Of a stretch of 64,000 nucleotides of DNA, positions 41,364 to 50,465 are shown piece after piece (position 1 is the stretch's first letter; the number at the start of each line of letters is the position of its first letter). The translations under genes were made by a program, and so were the position numbers. The stretch lies in IMG/VR virus record IMGVR_UViG_3300050821_023931, positions 1-64,000 of that record. One strand, written 5' to 3'. Source of the DNA: a virus. Under the pieces are notes generated by a model. That model was given only the letters and a program-made list of their open reading frames with translations. It was not told the DNA's origin and searched no databases.

Positions 41364-41651
41364 TTAGTTCTCCAATAGAGGTGTTTCTCTACAGGCTTCG
41401 GGTGTTTCCGGCCTCCAGTTGAGATGCTTCAAGAACATGTTAGTTATAAATAATTGTATATCAGTATAATTCATGTTATATTGCTTCTCAAAAACTGACC
41501 ATATTATTGTATAATCAACATAAAACCAAGCATTTTTTCTATTGTACATAACAACAAATCCATCTAAATCTTTAATCACAATATTACCTGGATATTCTTT
41601 GTCTAAAGAAACACTCCCTAACTTCGATATCAAAAAATCCTCCGCTGTCAT
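41364..41651 (-). CDS. Hypothetical protein, stand-alone copy B of the repeated cassette
   Basis: Paralog of the domain encoded at 1-240. Confidence 0.8.
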   Translation of the reverse strand: MTAEDFLISKLGSVSLDKEYPGNIVIKDLDGFVVMYNRKNAWFYVDYTIIWSVFEKQYNMNYTDIQLFITNMFLKHLNWRPETPEACRETPLLEN

Positions 41652-41667
41652 TTATATGAGTTATTAT

Positions 41668-42093
41668 TTAAGATATCCATAGTGCCTCAAAAATATCTTT
41701 TTGTCTTTCTTTTATACATTCGTCAACTCCTATAACTTTACCCATCATAAGGTCTCTGATATAAGAAAATGTTTCAATATCTAAGCCGGTTTCAGTAAGC
41801 ATTTTATCTTCGTATAGTATGTAACCACTATTCATATTTTTTGATTCATGAATAATTACAAGGAATTTATCTTCTATACCATAACAAATTCCTAAGACGT
41901 TGTTTTTAACGACTCTTTCAAACCTAAACTCCAGAAAATACATTTTTTTATTGAACTGAAATATCAATTTAATTTCTGCTGAAGCATGACCACTACCGGA
42001 CAGATCACTTGCAGAAATATTGTTCTTAAGAATTAAATTCTTTATTTTTTGTGAAATCGTCTTCATTTTAGTTTTGTTTAAAGTTCGAAACAT
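41668..42093 (-). CDS. Hypothetical protein
   Basis: 141-aa ORF in a minus-strand cluster. Confidence 0.55.
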   Translation of the reverse strand: MFRTLNKTKMKTISQKIKNLILKNNISASDLSGSGHASAEIKLIFQFNKKMYFLEFRFERVVKNNVLGICYGIEDKFLVIIHESKNMNSGYILYEDKMLTETGLDIETFSYIRDLMMGKVIGVDECIKERQKDIFEALWIS

Positions 42094-43352
42094 ACATATA
42101 CTTCAGCATCATTATGATAGAACCCAGACTTACCAACACTTTTGTAATCTGGTATGTTATTCCATTTTGAATGTCTTGTTGTTCTAACAGAAGCACCATT
42201 ATATTCCAACGTAGGTCTACCACTATTTGTAATACTGGTCATTTTAAAATCATAAATTCCTGTTGGTAGAGATTCTTTTGCACCTTCACTAAGTCCTTTT
42301 ACAGGAAATATAACAACTTTAAATTTAGGAGCTTTTTTGTTTTTTTCGTAATAACTTAAAATCTCTCTTTCTATCTGATATATTGATTTGCTACCAGATA
42401 TTTTTGTCCATTTAGTGTCAGCTTTTATGTTCTTAGACAGTTCTCTTGCTTCGTTAAGATAATCAGTATAAGATTTCTTTGCTTCTTTACCAAGAAGAAT
42501 CAAAAAAGCATTTTTATATTCTTGAATGAGTTCGTTGATAAGTTTTTTACTACGTTCACCATCATTATCACCAATTTTAGCAAATGACACAAGTAATTTT
42601 TTGATATTTGGTGTATCACATATAGTTACAAATTTATCAAAATCAACTCCTGGATTTTCTGTACGATTAAAGTACAACAAGGCACCGAATTCTGTGTTAG
42701 TCATGTTGCCTTTATTGTACATAACATCAAGAAGCTTCATATCTTCTATGAAAGAAGTACTAAGAATTCTGTTTTTAATAATTTCATTCTTTTGAGTTGG
42801 TTTTGTTTCAGTCTTCCAGCCATAATCTCTTATAGCACTTATCGCTGATAAATAACCATCAAAACCATCATAGAAATTAGTTATATTTAGATCAAATATT
42901 ACTTTAAGGGCCAAAGCAAAACCTCTGTCATAATATTTACCGGTTCCATTATAAAACTTGAAGTGATTCAAATAAACCAAAAGTTTTAATATGTTTTGAT
43001 CACTAATATCATCAGTGTGGTATATACGTACTTGTATAGGATGTTCTGGTGCAGTATAGAATAGTAATCTTCTGAAACCATCCAATAGTACATATTCACC
43101 ATCTGTTTTCTCCAGAAGAAAGAAGTTTTGGTATTCGTATATTTCTAATGGAGGATTCTTTTCTAGCTTTTCTTCTCTGTTATGAGAATCGATCTCTCTG
43201 TTATATTCTTCCAGGTTGATCCCTTTTTTAGTTAAATTACCTTTCAAATATGAACTAAGTTTTTTAGCTGATACTGTATTAATTGTATAATCTACACCAA
43301 GAAAATTATCATGTAACTTGGCCGTCGTTTCTATTTTGAATGTGTTTTTCAT
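42078..43352 (-). CDS. Protein with a ParB-like N-terminal domain
   Basis: YVLLDGFRRLL motif. Confidence 0.6.
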   Translation of the reverse strand: MKNTFKIETTAKLHDNFLGVDYTINTVSAKKLSSYLKGNLTKKGINLEEYNREIDSHNREEKLEKNPPLEIYEYQNFFLLEKTDGEYVLLDGFRRLLFYTAPEHPIQVRIYHTDDISDQNILKLLVYLNHFKFYNGTGKYYDRGFALALKVIFDLNITNFYDGFDGYLSAISAIRDYGWKTETKPTQKNEIIKNRILSTSFIEDMKLLDVMYNKGNMTNTEFGALLYFNRTENPGVDFDKFVTICDTPNIKKLLVSFAKIGDNDGERSKKLINELIQEYKNAFLILLGKEAKKSYTDYLNEARELSKNIKADTKWTKISGSKSIYQIEREILSYYEKNKKAPKFKVVIFPVKGLSEGAKESLPTGIYDFKMTSITNSGRPTLEYNGASVRTTRHSKWNNIPDYKSVGKSGFYHNDAEVYVCFEL

Positions 43353-43431
43353 AAGTTAAAACTTTATACGTTTTTTGAATATAAACGCAAATAAGTAAAA
43401 AAGGTTGTAAAAACCTAAAAATTCACAACTT

Positions 43432-43665
43432 TTATGTAAAATCAGTTTTACTTCTATAAATTGCAATAGCCTCTCGCATCTTCTCAGCACATTCTTCGAT
43501 AGAATTACCTTTGACTACCGGGAATCGATCATCTGACTTAGATGAAAAATGAGAGAAATATTTACAAGTCCAAACAGTATCAGAACCACCATCCGGCATA
43601 AAACATAAACCGAATGGTTCCCCATTGTAAGTATGTTTAGGTATTTTTGATAATATATCTGTCAT
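43432..43665 (-). CDS. Hypothetical protein
   Basis: 77-aa ORF. Confidence 0.55.
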   Translation of the reverse strand: MTDILSKIPKHTYNGEPFGLCFMPDGGSDTVWTCKYFSHFSSKSDDRFPVVKGNSIEECAEKMREAIAIYRSKTDFT

Positions 43666-43667
43666 AT

Positions 43668-43859
43668 TTACTTCTCATTTTTTATATAGCCGTTTGATAT
43701 TCCTGAACAGAATGCTACAACAGCTAATATAAACCAATACCTAAAATCATAAACAGATATTTTAAGTAGAAACAATAAACATAATTGTAAAGCAATCAAT
43801 TCTAAGTTCCTCATACAAAATGAAAAAACTACTAGAAATATTTGAATTAAGTTATTCAT
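43668..43859 (-). CDS. Small membrane protein
   Basis: Hydrophobic segments. Confidence 0.5.
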   Translation of the reverse strand: MNNLIQIFLVVFSFCMRNLELIALQLCLLFLLKISVYDFRYWFILAVVAFCSGISNGYIKNEK

Positions 43860-43863
43860 ATTT

Positions 43864-44451
43864 TTATTCTTTTGATGGTATTATGTTAGAAAACAAAGCC
43901 TCAGTCTCAATTATACCAACAGTAGCATCAAAACTTGTTTCGCTATGTTGTTCTATTCTAAGATAATTTTGCTCATTTTTATCCATATAATCAAAACAAA
44001 CCATTTCTAAAGAACTTTCTATATTCGTTGTTTCTACATCTCTAACAAAACAAGGCTTTTCATTTTGTAGAAGGAATTCTATACCATTATAAGTAATCTT
44101 ATTTGGTGCTGTTTGATTTTCAACAATAGAATCCGCTAGTGTTTCATCAATAGCACCCATATTTACTCTTTCTGTTACAATAATACGAAGACCATTCATA
44201 TCATCCATATAAATATACTTATTAATTGTACCATCGGTAATCTTAAATTCAAATGAGAATACATTATTACTCCAGTCAAACTCTATTTCTTGAATGACTT
44301 CCCAGGCTTTTCCGATATAATCTATAAACCAGCCAGGATGAATATCTGTGATTTTTAGGTTTAATGGATCGTAATTCAATTCAGATTCATCATTTTTGTA
44401 TGATGTAAAACCAAAAAGGTTTTTTAAAAAGTTAAAGATTCTTTTGATCAT
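43864..44451 (-). CDS. DUF4178-like protein
   Basis: DI.PGWFIDY.GKAWEV...EFDW...FEFKI; P.KI.YNG.EF; DY.D..E..YL.IEQ; TACCTTTG promoter at 44477-44484. Confidence 0.7.
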   Translation of the reverse strand: MIKRIFNFLKNLFGFTSYKNDESELNYDPLNLKITDIHPGWFIDYIGKAWEVIQEIEFDWSNNVFSFEFKITDGTINKYIYMDDMNGLRIIVTERVNMGAIDETLADSIVENQTAPNKITYNGIEFLLQNEKPCFVRDVETTNIESSLEMVCFDYMDKNEQNYLRIEQHSETSFDATVGIIETEALFSNIIPSKE

Positions 44452-44592
44452 GTTTGATATGTTTTTATTTTATAAACAAAGGTAAAAAGAATTATATGAA
44501 AATACTAAATAAAACAGAAATAATGTAGTTTTCGTCTTCTGTATAAGATAGCTGGCCGTATATATAATTCATAATTATAGAAAGAAACCTAA

Positions 44593-47500
44593 ATGTTACA
44601 GTTATTAAATCAGTCGTTATCAGATTTACAATTTTTAAATGTTAACGAAACTGTTTATTTCTATTTTGATAATAGTGGTTATTATACAGGTGGTACACAA
44701 GGAACTTCTGGTACATCTGGTTCTGTCTTTGTAGATCCGTTAAATTTACTTGGTACAGAAAAATATGTATGGAATTTTGATGCTGCGGATTCAACACCAG
44801 ATAAAGCTATACAAACTACTATTGGACCAGATCCTGTAAACAGGGAGGTGAGTTTTCAAAATCCTGGACCAAGAACTGTAGAATTAAAAATATATGATGC
44901 TGGTACCAGTGGTGCTGTTATTTATGATGAGTCTATAAATTTTAGTGTATATCAATTTGCTTCTGAGATTATAGGTCCTGAGTTTGTGCAGGTGAATCAA
45001 ACTGGAAATTTCCAAACTTTAGAAGGTCCTGGTGATGATGTGACCTATAATTGGTATAATAATGGTGTTTTAGAGAAATCGGCTAGTTTAGATACTGATT
45101 CAGAACCACATATGTATTCTATTGCTTTTACTGTTAATATGACAAGAGCTTCTATAAAACTTGTTATGAATCATGGTAATGGTACACAAATACTTCAATT
45201 TGTTTGTGTTGTATCCAGAGGTAATGCAACACAAGGTCAAAAATATGAATCCGATGTAACACCTAAACTTTTGTTCTTTAATAAAGAAGGTGATTGTTTA
45301 AATTTCAATTATAATGTTTATCAGGATGATCGTTCCCAATGGGAAGGAGATATGATATTTCATGTTAACGGTGATGATACATTTAAAACACAAGCTTTGT
45401 ATATTTTTGAATCTGTACCACCAGTAACAATAGATCAATCAAGTTTAATACTGGATAAATTTCAAGTCTTTAATCAATTTGGTATAGATTTTCAGCCTAC
45501 AAATACAATAGCTAAAACTGTTTATAATATTGATAAAATTGAAGCTGTTAATAATTCATCAGATTTTTATACAAAATGGGTATATGGAAACAATTTTCAT
45601 ATTATATTTCCTATTGGTTCCGAGGTTTATTTTGAAAATGTTAATTATTATAACATTACTAACAGTACGACCATTAATACACCTTTATCCGGTACAGCCA
45701 TACCAGATTTTAATTCTTTTCCTGGATTCGGTATACAAACATTTACTGTGTTAGGTACTAAACAAGATGCTATTCTAATTCTTACGACTACCAATAATAA
45801 TGTATACAATAGTAATTATGCTTCAGCTACTAATTTCTATACCTATTCTACAACTACACAAATATATAAAACTGCTCAGGGAGCATTAGTCAACATACAA
45901 CCTGGGACAATAGTAGGTTTAAATATTATTAAAGTCTTTAGTACTGATTTATATCTTACTACACCTACTGTAGATGACGAATTGAACCCAGAATGGAATG
46001 AAAATGGTTTCGAATATCTTTTATATGATCAAAAAAGTTTGACTATAGTAAATAGTCAATTTAATGATGGTGTTTATAATGTGAAATTTCTAAATTCTGA
46101 TCTTACAAATAAACTTTTAACTAAATATTATAAAGTTGATTGTATTAATTTGTTGGATCTTATGCCTAATCCAAGAATGGGTTTTAGAATAGATATAACG
46201 TTTAGAACAACTAGAATTTTATTATCAACGAACCCAGTAGATTTTATACCAGCCAGTACACTACCTTTTTTACTTAGTAAAAATCTTATCATATATGAAG
46301 CTATACCAACAAAAGATTTTACTCCTGGATTATTGCAGACTGGTGTTAGTTTTAATTTTGAAGACAATGGAACTAATAATCCTAATTTTGTTGGAACTTA
46401 TGATTGTATTAAAGTTGATCAAATATTAAATATTGTAACACCAAATAATACAGATACTACAGGATGGAGTATTAGAATGTATAATACTGATAGTTACAGT
46501 GCTCTGGCCTCTCTTGTAAGATTTTCTAATTTTATTGATACTCAACCTCTAGTATATGATTTAGCAACAAGGAATTCATATATTGAGATGTTGACACTTC
46601 AAATAGTGATAAACAATATATCCACTTATAATATACATTTTAAAACTATAGATTTTAACTTTGATAATGGTGATATGGATAGTTTATATGTATTTATTAA
46701 AAACTATATTAATACAAATATAAAAGGTGTTGGTGCTTTTGTTGATAGAGATAATGTAAGAATACTTGAATTCCCAGGATATTCTATAACTACTTTAACT
46801 ATGGGTTGGCAGTATGGTTTTACGATTAAACATAATGTCATACATTCAACATTACTTCCACAATATGGTCTTGCCGGAAATGCTGTTATAAGTCTTAACA
46901 CAAGTGATTATAATGGATTTGTTTATTATAGAACATCTACAAATACTGTTCATATATTTATCTGGGATGATGTAAATTCTGTCGCTGCATGGTATACTAT
47001 GGGTGATACAAAAAAGGTGGTATGGGTTGAAACTACTGGATCTATAGAATATCAACAAAGCACTTTAGGTTCGGCGTATTTAGTTGATACAGTATTATCG
47101 TTTTATCAAACTGGTAATCTATCCGATATTAATTTGGGTCGAGATATACAAGCATATCAATTTGTTAATGCTTATCAAAGTGTGTTTGCAAATTATGGTT
47201 TGGAATTATTTATAAATGGTAGTGACTTGTGTATAACAAGAATACAATTACTTAATTCTACTAGTACTACTGAAGATTATTCTATTATTGGGTTCTTTGC
47301 TTTAACGCAAGCATATTTCACCCCAGCACTTCCGGGTGAAATAACAGAGTCTTATCCTACAGGACTTACCTCAGGGACTGCTGGTATGGCCACTTATACA
47401 CAATTAACACAAGAAGTAAGATTTCAAAGTGTTGAGATGTTTCAGGTTGCTACTCCAGTTATAGCAGAGAAAAACCATTTTATAGGTCTTTATGCTGCAC

Positions 47501-50457
47501 TTAAAAGTATTTCAGCAAACTATCAAAGAAAAATAGAGATATTTTCTATTGATAAAACATTCGGTTTGATTATAAAAATTAATGGAATTAATTATTCTGT
47601 TGCTTATGATGACATTTTTGATAACTCTTTAGTAGGTTATGATACAATTGACTCAACAATGGGTAATTCTTCTGAATCTTTTTTATTGAATGATCTAATT
47701 GATATTCAACGAATATTAATGAATTTTGGTAATCAGGAATTTACAATAGGACAAGAGACCTCATCAAATGATAGTTCTGTTGGTCTAAAATATTATAGAG
47801 AACTTGAAAGTCTTGGTGTGATAATATACCTTGAACGTTCTTCTTTCTTGGATCCTTTATACTCTTCTTCTGGTGGAGGAGCATACGGTGAAAGACCTTA
47901 TGATACACTCGTTATTGAATCTAAATACCCAAATGTACCTGTAACGTTTAGTGTTACCGGTGCTCTCGATTATAGAATTAAAAATAAGGAAATAGAATTT
48001 ATTGATATTGGTGCAACAATGACAGTATCTATAAACTCTGTAAATTATACATTAAATAATATTCCTTCAACACAATCTATTCCTGATACTTTAGAATTAT
48101 TTGTTACTACATATGCAGGACAATTATTTCAAATTGGTATTATAGTGGATCACTATTATTTAGAAAATTTCCCTTATGACAGATCGACTAGTCTTTTATT
48201 TTATACTCTTGCTGATACTACAAGGATTAATATTACAGTATGGACAGGTAAAAATTCTATTCCTGGAAAAGAAACTTATATTATTAATGATTATGCACCT
48301 GGGAATGTAGGTATAATACTTGCTGGTAATGAATTAGCAACAACAGACACTAATATTGACCTTGAAGCAGCTGGTCTTGCTACAGCAATGATAATCGCTG
48401 TTACTGGTGCTAAATTTCCATTAAATAATCAAGAATATAATATAATTTATCTTGCTTCAGACCGTGTTGGATTATCTTATCAGGGACCTTTCTGGCCAAG
48501 CTCAGATGATTTAGGTACAACTCTTCCACAAAGGGTACCTGGATTTGATTGGGAATTATTATCTGAACCTGGTACATCACTTGTTTATGGCACTTCGGGA
48601 ACATCTGGTTTGGTAGAGAATTTAATTATTAAAAGTAGACAATTTCTAAGATATCCAAGAGAAGGATATATGGGTGATACACCAAAGAAGATTCAAGCTC
48701 GTTGGCTTGATGATACGGATACATCAATGTTCTTCTATGAATTTACAGGAAATCAATTAAACGTTACAGATCATGGTGCTTATACTTATGTAGGACCAAC
48801 ACCTTTATTTTCTGATTCGTATAATTTATATCTTAACAGTAATCCTAATAAAGATCTTACAAAAGTAGCTGATCCAAGATATCAACAAACAGTATTTGAA
48901 GATCTTACCTATAATATAGAATTCCTAGATTCAGAAACTGATATTAATCCTCAACCAACACCTTTACAAATATTTATAGGTTATAGAGGAGATCTTGAAG
49001 GTGTAAATACAAGGACTTTAATTATTGAAAGAGTTGAAGATATCAATATAACAATTAATACTGAACCACAGGATCCGACTCGTACATTCTTGCCTTGGGT
49101 TAATATTATGACTTTCGATAGTACTACCAATGAACTTACACTGTCAAGTAACAGAGGTGTGTTAACAAATGCTAACAATAATACTTATAAACCTTATAGT
49201 TTTTTAGATGCTGGATTTTTAATTGGACATCTTGTTCAAATTAATGGTGTTGATAGTAATTCTGCTTATAATGCAATGTCATTTAAAAATAATGGTTTTA
49301 TTGGTGAGATTGCCATTGTTGGTATAAACAAAATCACATTTAAAAATACTACTACACTAGTAGATGAGGTTAGTTATTCAATAATTAAAAATCCTCTTCC
49401 ACCTTTTAATCAAATTCCTGCCGGTTTAAGTGTTACAATAGCTGTAGTTCCTCAACAGATTGCTCAAATTAATATAAATGGTCAAACAGAAATAGAAGAT
49501 GACCGTTTTCTGGCCATGTTCAATATTCTTGGTGGTAAAATTCTTCATAGAGATGTTTTTATATTCAAAGATTATGATATTCAAGAAGCCGGAATTGACT
49601 GGATATTCTTGAATGAAAAAAGAAAAGAAATGCTTTTAATAAGAAATGATATTTACAATTATATCGGTTCTTATAAAGCCGTTATTCATGCTATCAATTA
49701 TTTTGGTTATAATGATGTAAGTTTCAATGAGTATTATTTGAATATCGATAAAACCTCTAACAATTTTGGTAAATTAGTAAAAGTTGAAATTCCTAATATA
49801 TTTGATAACAGTACTCCTGGGTGGAATGCTAATGATTACATAACAAAAACATTACCTAATCCAAGATTCCAAAAGACTGGTTTATTCAATTTAACCTATA
49901 GATTAACGGACACCAATGGTAATAATGTACTAAATTATACTTTAGATGAAGTTACTATTAAACTACTCGGTTTAAAATCTTGGTTACAAGATCAAACAAT
50001 ACCACCAGGTAAAAGAATTAAAGATATAACTGGTGTTGGTGAAGATAACCAAACCACTTATTTAGTACATGATGTTAGAAAAATTATGAAGGTTAAAACA
50101 AGACAAACTTTATCACCTGTAGTTGTGTCCAGAGTAGAAGTTTATCTTCAACCTATTGTAAATGTTGGTGAGACATATAATGTTCATATAGTATTTGGTA
50201 CGGAAGATACAACTACTATGCCTGACTATTATCATTTGAAAATTAGTACTTTTGCTGCGGATCCAGACATTAAGACCACTGGATATAGACTGGCTCCAGT
50301 ACAAACAAAAAATGAATATAGAACAGATCTTACAGGGTACAATTTTACTGTTGACCGCTATACGGATCCTTTCATACTGATAGAAATATTTTCAGACAAT
50401 AACTACGGTGCTACATTCAAATTCCGTAAAACTTATGATATTTCTAATAGTTTATAA
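44593..50457 (+). CDS. Large virion structural protein (1954 aa), probable baseplate component
   Basis: PKD/Ig-like N-terminus (YVWNF...PGPRTVEL); C-terminus YIGSYKAVIHAINYFGY; TATATATAA upstream. Confidence 0.65.
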   Translation: MLQLLNQSLSDLQFLNVNETVYFYFDNSGYYTGGTQGTSGTSGSVFVDPLNLLGTEKYVWNFDAADSTPDKAIQTTIGPDPVNREVSFQNPGPRTVELKIYDAGTSGAVIYDESINFSVYQFASEIIGPEFVQVNQTGNFQTLEGPGDDVTYNWYNNGVLEKSASLDTDSEPHMYSIAFTVNMTRASIKLVMNHGNGTQILQFVCVVSRGNATQGQKYESDVTPKLLFFNKEGDCLNFNYNVYQDDRSQWEGDMIFHVNGDDTFKTQALYIFESVPPVTIDQSSLILDKFQVFNQFGIDFQPTNTIAKTVYNIDKIEAVNNSSDFYTKWVYGNNFHIIFPIGSEVYFENVNYYNITNSTTINTPLSGTAIPDFNSFPGFGIQTFTVLGTKQDAILILTTTNNNVYNSNYASATNFYTYSTTTQIYKTAQGALVNIQPGTIVGLNIIKVFSTDLYLTTPTVDDELNPEWNENGFEYLLYDQKSLTIVNSQFNDGVYNVKFLNSDLTNKLLTKYYKVDCINLLDLMPNPRMGFRIDITFRTTRILLSTNPVDFIPASTLPFLLSKNLIIYEAIPTKDFTPGLLQTGVSFNFEDNGTNNPNFVGTYDCIKVDQILNIVTPNNTDTTGWSIRMYNTDSYSALASLVRFSNFIDTQPLVYDLATRNSYIEMLTLQIVINNISTYNIHFKTIDFNFDNGDMDSLYVFIKNYINTNIKGVGAFVDRDNVRILEFPGYSITTLTMGWQYGFTIKHNVIHSTLLPQYGLAGNAVISLNTSDYNGFVYYRTSTNTVHIFIWDDVNSVAAWYTMGDTKKVVWVETTGSIEYQQSTLGSAYLVDTVLSFYQTGNLSDINLGRDIQAYQFVNAYQSVFANYGLELFINGSDLCITRIQLLNSTSTTEDYSIIGFFALTQAYFTPALPGEITESYPTGLTSGTAGMATYTQLTQEVRFQSVEMFQVATPVIAEKNHFIGLYAALKSISANYQRKIEIFSIDKTFGLIIKINGINYSVAYDDIFDNSLVGYDTIDSTMGNSSESFLLNDLIDIQRILMNFGNQEFTIGQETSSNDSSVGLKYYRELESLGVIIYLERSSFLDPLYSSSGGGAYGERPYDTLVIESKYPNVPVTFSVTGALDYRIKNKEIEFIDIGATMTVSINSVNYTLNNIPSTQSIPDTLELFVTTYAGQLFQIGIIVDHYYLENFPYDRSTSLLFYTLADTTRINITVWTGKNSIPGKETYIINDYAPGNVGIILAGNELATTDTNIDLEAAGLATAMIIAVTGAKFPLNNQEYNIIYLASDRVGLSYQGPFWPSSDDLGTTLPQRVPGFDWELLSEPGTSLVYGTSGTSGLVENLIIKSRQFLRYPREGYMGDTPKKIQARWLDDTDTSMFFYEFTGNQLNVTDHGAYTYVGPTPLFSDSYNLYLNSNPNKDLTKVADPRYQQTVFEDLTYNIEFLDSETDINPQPTPLQIFIGYRGDLEGVNTRTLIIERVEDINITINTEPQDPTRTFLPWVNIMTFDSTTNELTLSSNRGVLTNANNNTYKPYSFLDAGFLIGHLVQINGVDSNSAYNAMSFKNNGFIGEIAIVGINKITFKNTTTLVDEVSYSIIKNPLPPFNQIPAGLSVTIAVVPQQIAQININGQTEIEDDRFLAMFNILGGKILHRDVFIFKDYDIQEAGIDWIFLNEKRKEMLLIRNDIYNYIGSYKAVIHAINYFGYNDVSFNEYYLNIDKTSNNFGKLVKVEIPNIFDNSTPGWNANDYITKTLPNPRFQKTGLFNLTYRLTDTNGNNVLNYTLDEVTIKLLGLKSWLQDQTIPPGKRIKDITGVGEDNQTTYLVHDVRKIMKVKTRQTLSPVVVSRVEVYLQPIVNVGETYNVHIVFGTEDTTTMPDYYHLKISTFAADPDIKTTGYRLAPVQTKNEYRTDLTGYNFTVDRYTDPFILIEIFSDNNYGATFKFRKTYDISNSL

Positions 50458-50465
50458 ATATTGAA

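Noticed and set aside
1-41651. Diversity-generating retroelement TR/VR pair
   Set aside because: Neither copy has adenine at all mismatched sites, many mismatches are at third codon positions (e.g. CAT/CAC, AAC/AAT), and no reverse transcriptase is in the window. Kept only as a variable cassette.
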